Source: Oikopleura dioica (taxonomy: Eukaryota; Animalia; Chordata). From it: DNA of 64,000 nucleotides. The stretch covers positions 7,378,001 through 7,442,000 of the forward strand of contig OU015568.1 in NCBI GenBank assembly GCA_907165135.1, read 5' to 3'. A program made the translations under genes and the position numbers. Below are positions 61,858-64,000 of the stretch, in pieces (within the stretch, counting starts at the first letter, position 1; every line of letters begins with the position of its first letter). The notes below the pieces were generated by a model. The model was given only the letters and a program-made list of their open reading frames with translations, was not told the origin of the DNA and searched no databases.

Positions 61858-64000
61858 ATGGACGATGGCTCGGAATCGGACGACTCGGCGATTCCAGCTG
61901 AGCCCAGACTTAAATACAGAAGGTTGGGAAACGACCTGACGCAGATCTTCAAAGCGACTCGCTTACTTCTATCCTTGCGAATGAGCGTTTCGTTGTTATT
62001 GGTACTGAAAAGGGAAAGCTGATCATTTGCGATCATGATGGGAACAAAACGAAGGATCTTTGCACTCTCAAAGGCGCCATAAGCTGCATTAGAACCGATG
62101 AGCGTGGAGAAATTATCGCTTGTTCCACACTGGAAGGTCATGTCCGCGTCATATCTTTGTTTGAAGATCCAGAAGTTGAGCTAAAAATGAAATTCAAAAA
62201 TGCAGTTCATAGAATCACCTTATCCGACACTTATCTATCTTCGGGGAAAATAATCATTGCAGGCGAGAAGATTACTCTCTGTGAAAGGGGGCTTTTGGGT
62301 TCGAAAAAGTCGACAAACTTGGCGATCACAAAAGAGGTTTCTCAAATTGAATGGAGAGGAGACCTGTTGACCTGGGCTGATGCTAGCGAAGTCAAAGTAT
62401 GATTGTTTAGCTCGTTCAGTTGCTGAATGTTACGATTTAGGTGTTTGACATGGGTTCCCGTGAGATCATATCGATTATCTCCCGCCAGTCCATTTCTGAG
62501 GAAAAAGACTACTCTTGCAACTTCACTTGGACTTCAAGTTCAACCTTGATAATCGGCTGGGACAACACAATCCAAATTTGCGGCGTGAAAACGCGCCAGA
62601 ACTCGACAAAGATCGAAATCCAGAAAATAATCACGACAGAGTTCCCTATCACGGCTCTCCTGCCTCTTGGAGCTTCGAATGAAATGCTCATTTGTTCTGT
62701 CAGCGCGAGACAAAAGCCCTCCGTGAAGATTATTGAGTTGCAAGAGGGATCTGGCTATCTTGAACATTGTGATGATCAAATTTCTGTCAGAGCTTATTCC
62801 AGTTTCGTGTCAAAAGACTATCTAATGAGGTGAATGTAGGCGAAATACCGCGATTGGCAGTCCTGACTGACTGATTTTTGAAAGATGCACATTGACGTTA
62901 CACTTCTCCATGCTAAAAACATAGGAGATTTGTAACGTAGATTGCGTAGGCGTCACTGGTTTGACGGAACTCTCAAAGAAGAGACACTAGAGTCAAATTT
63001 TAATTGGTTGATTAGCTATTTCACTCGAAAATCAGAATCAGTCAGTCAGAAATGCCAATCGCGGTAATTTTAATGATTAATCCAAAGACTAATTCACCAA
63101 CGAGAAAATAATTGATGAATTAGTGTAATTTATCTGCAATAAAACCTGTTTTCAGCGTTGTCAACTACGAAGGTCACGATCTGACGGCGTTTATAGCTTC
63201 GCCAAAAGACATAATTGTAGCGACCGAGCCAAATGACGAGGACCACGTAACCTGGCTCCTCGATAACGAGCAGTATCTTGAAGCCCTTGATTTTACGAAA
63301 AATCGAAAACTCGCGTCGCATAATTACGCTGCCATCGGACGAGAATATATTCGATTTCTGATTGAAACGGATGATCTGGAGCTGGCTGCAAAAAAGTGCC
63401 CCGCTTTTCTCAGGTGTTTCCTCTTTGTTTAGCCTGTTTTGGAATGATTTTAGTACGGCTCATGATTGGGAAAAAGAAGCATTGGCATTTTCGTCCAAGA
63501 ACTCGCTGAAAATCTTGATTCCTTATTTGCCTACCTCAAATCCACAGCTTCGAAGTTCTGTTTACGGCGAGGCCTTGCGCGAACTCATAGAAAGCAAGGA
63601 ATACGAGCGGTATTTATTTCTTATCAAGTCTTGGCCAAGGTATGATGATGTAAAGTTTCATGGTCTAAGCTGATTCTAGTGCTATTTTCGAAATAAAGAA
63701 TCAGGTCCATCTCATCCGCAACGAACTCTATCAGCTCGAGTCTTCAACAACTGAAACTCGCACTCTATCAGTTGCTCTCAGGATTTTACTAGAAGTAGAT
63801 CATCGATTCGAAGAAGCCTTTGAAATCTTCATGAAATTAGCTGACGCGGATGTGTTTTACTTCATTGAGAAGCATCTTCTTTACAAATTGCCGTGGGTGT
63901 CCGGGAGGATTTTGGATTTGATGGAGATTGATACTGACAAATGTTCCCAAATTTTGATAGAACACAGAGAAGACTTTCCTATTAGGTTTGAAACTTTCAT
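61858..64000 (+). CDS. VPS41: HOPS subunit VPS41, 5' part (continues past the window)
   Basis: EPRLKYRRLGND, ERGLLG, IEWRGDLLTWA, LIIGWDNTIQIC, IASPKDIIVA..DHVTWLL, LIPYLPT. Confidence 0.9.
62848..63064. mobile_element. TA-flanked Tc1/mariner-type MITE in a VPS41 intron
   Basis: TA|CCGCGATTGGCA...TGCCAATCGCGG|TA with internal ctgactgactgatt arms. Confidence 0.85.

Noticed and set aside
61056-61953. Programmed frameshifting or pseudogenisation of GAS8/VPS41
   Set aside because: Isolated one-base losses in A runs with otherwise intact genes; an assembly error is more likely.

Overview
Compact eukaryotic (animal) genomic DNA, most likely the larvacean tunicate Oikopleura dioica or a close relative. 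This is inferred from ~40-65 nt introns, frequent GA-AG/GC-AG introns, operon-like gene spacing with splice acceptors just before the ATG, and a Ty3/gypsy element. About 17 genes: TTC4, NEK11-like kinase with an intronless HSD17B4/MFE-2 nested in one intron, Lhx1/5, DD3-3-like, an adhesion GPCR carrying a young full-length LTR retrotransposon, GANAB, NCKX/SLC24, trehalase, GPR84/Moody-like GPCR, NDUFB3, MAD1, tandem-duplicated HSD17B10, C22orf39-like, RGP1, GAS8 and VPS41 (partial), plus many MITEs. Main observations: (1) what looks like an intron-creation pipeline visible at several ages. Fresh MITEs sit inside conserved coding exons (TTC4, GANAB, aGPCR), and two can be spliced out in frame. 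About ten older introns have weak donors (GA/GC/GT) and purine-rich AAG acceptors, and all are closed by a terminal inverted-repeat stem. (2) An MFE-2 retrogene that has lost its PTS1 and gained a mitochondrial-type presequence. Several single-base homopolymer deletions suggest long-read assembly errors. All gene models were assembled by eye and have no transcript support here.
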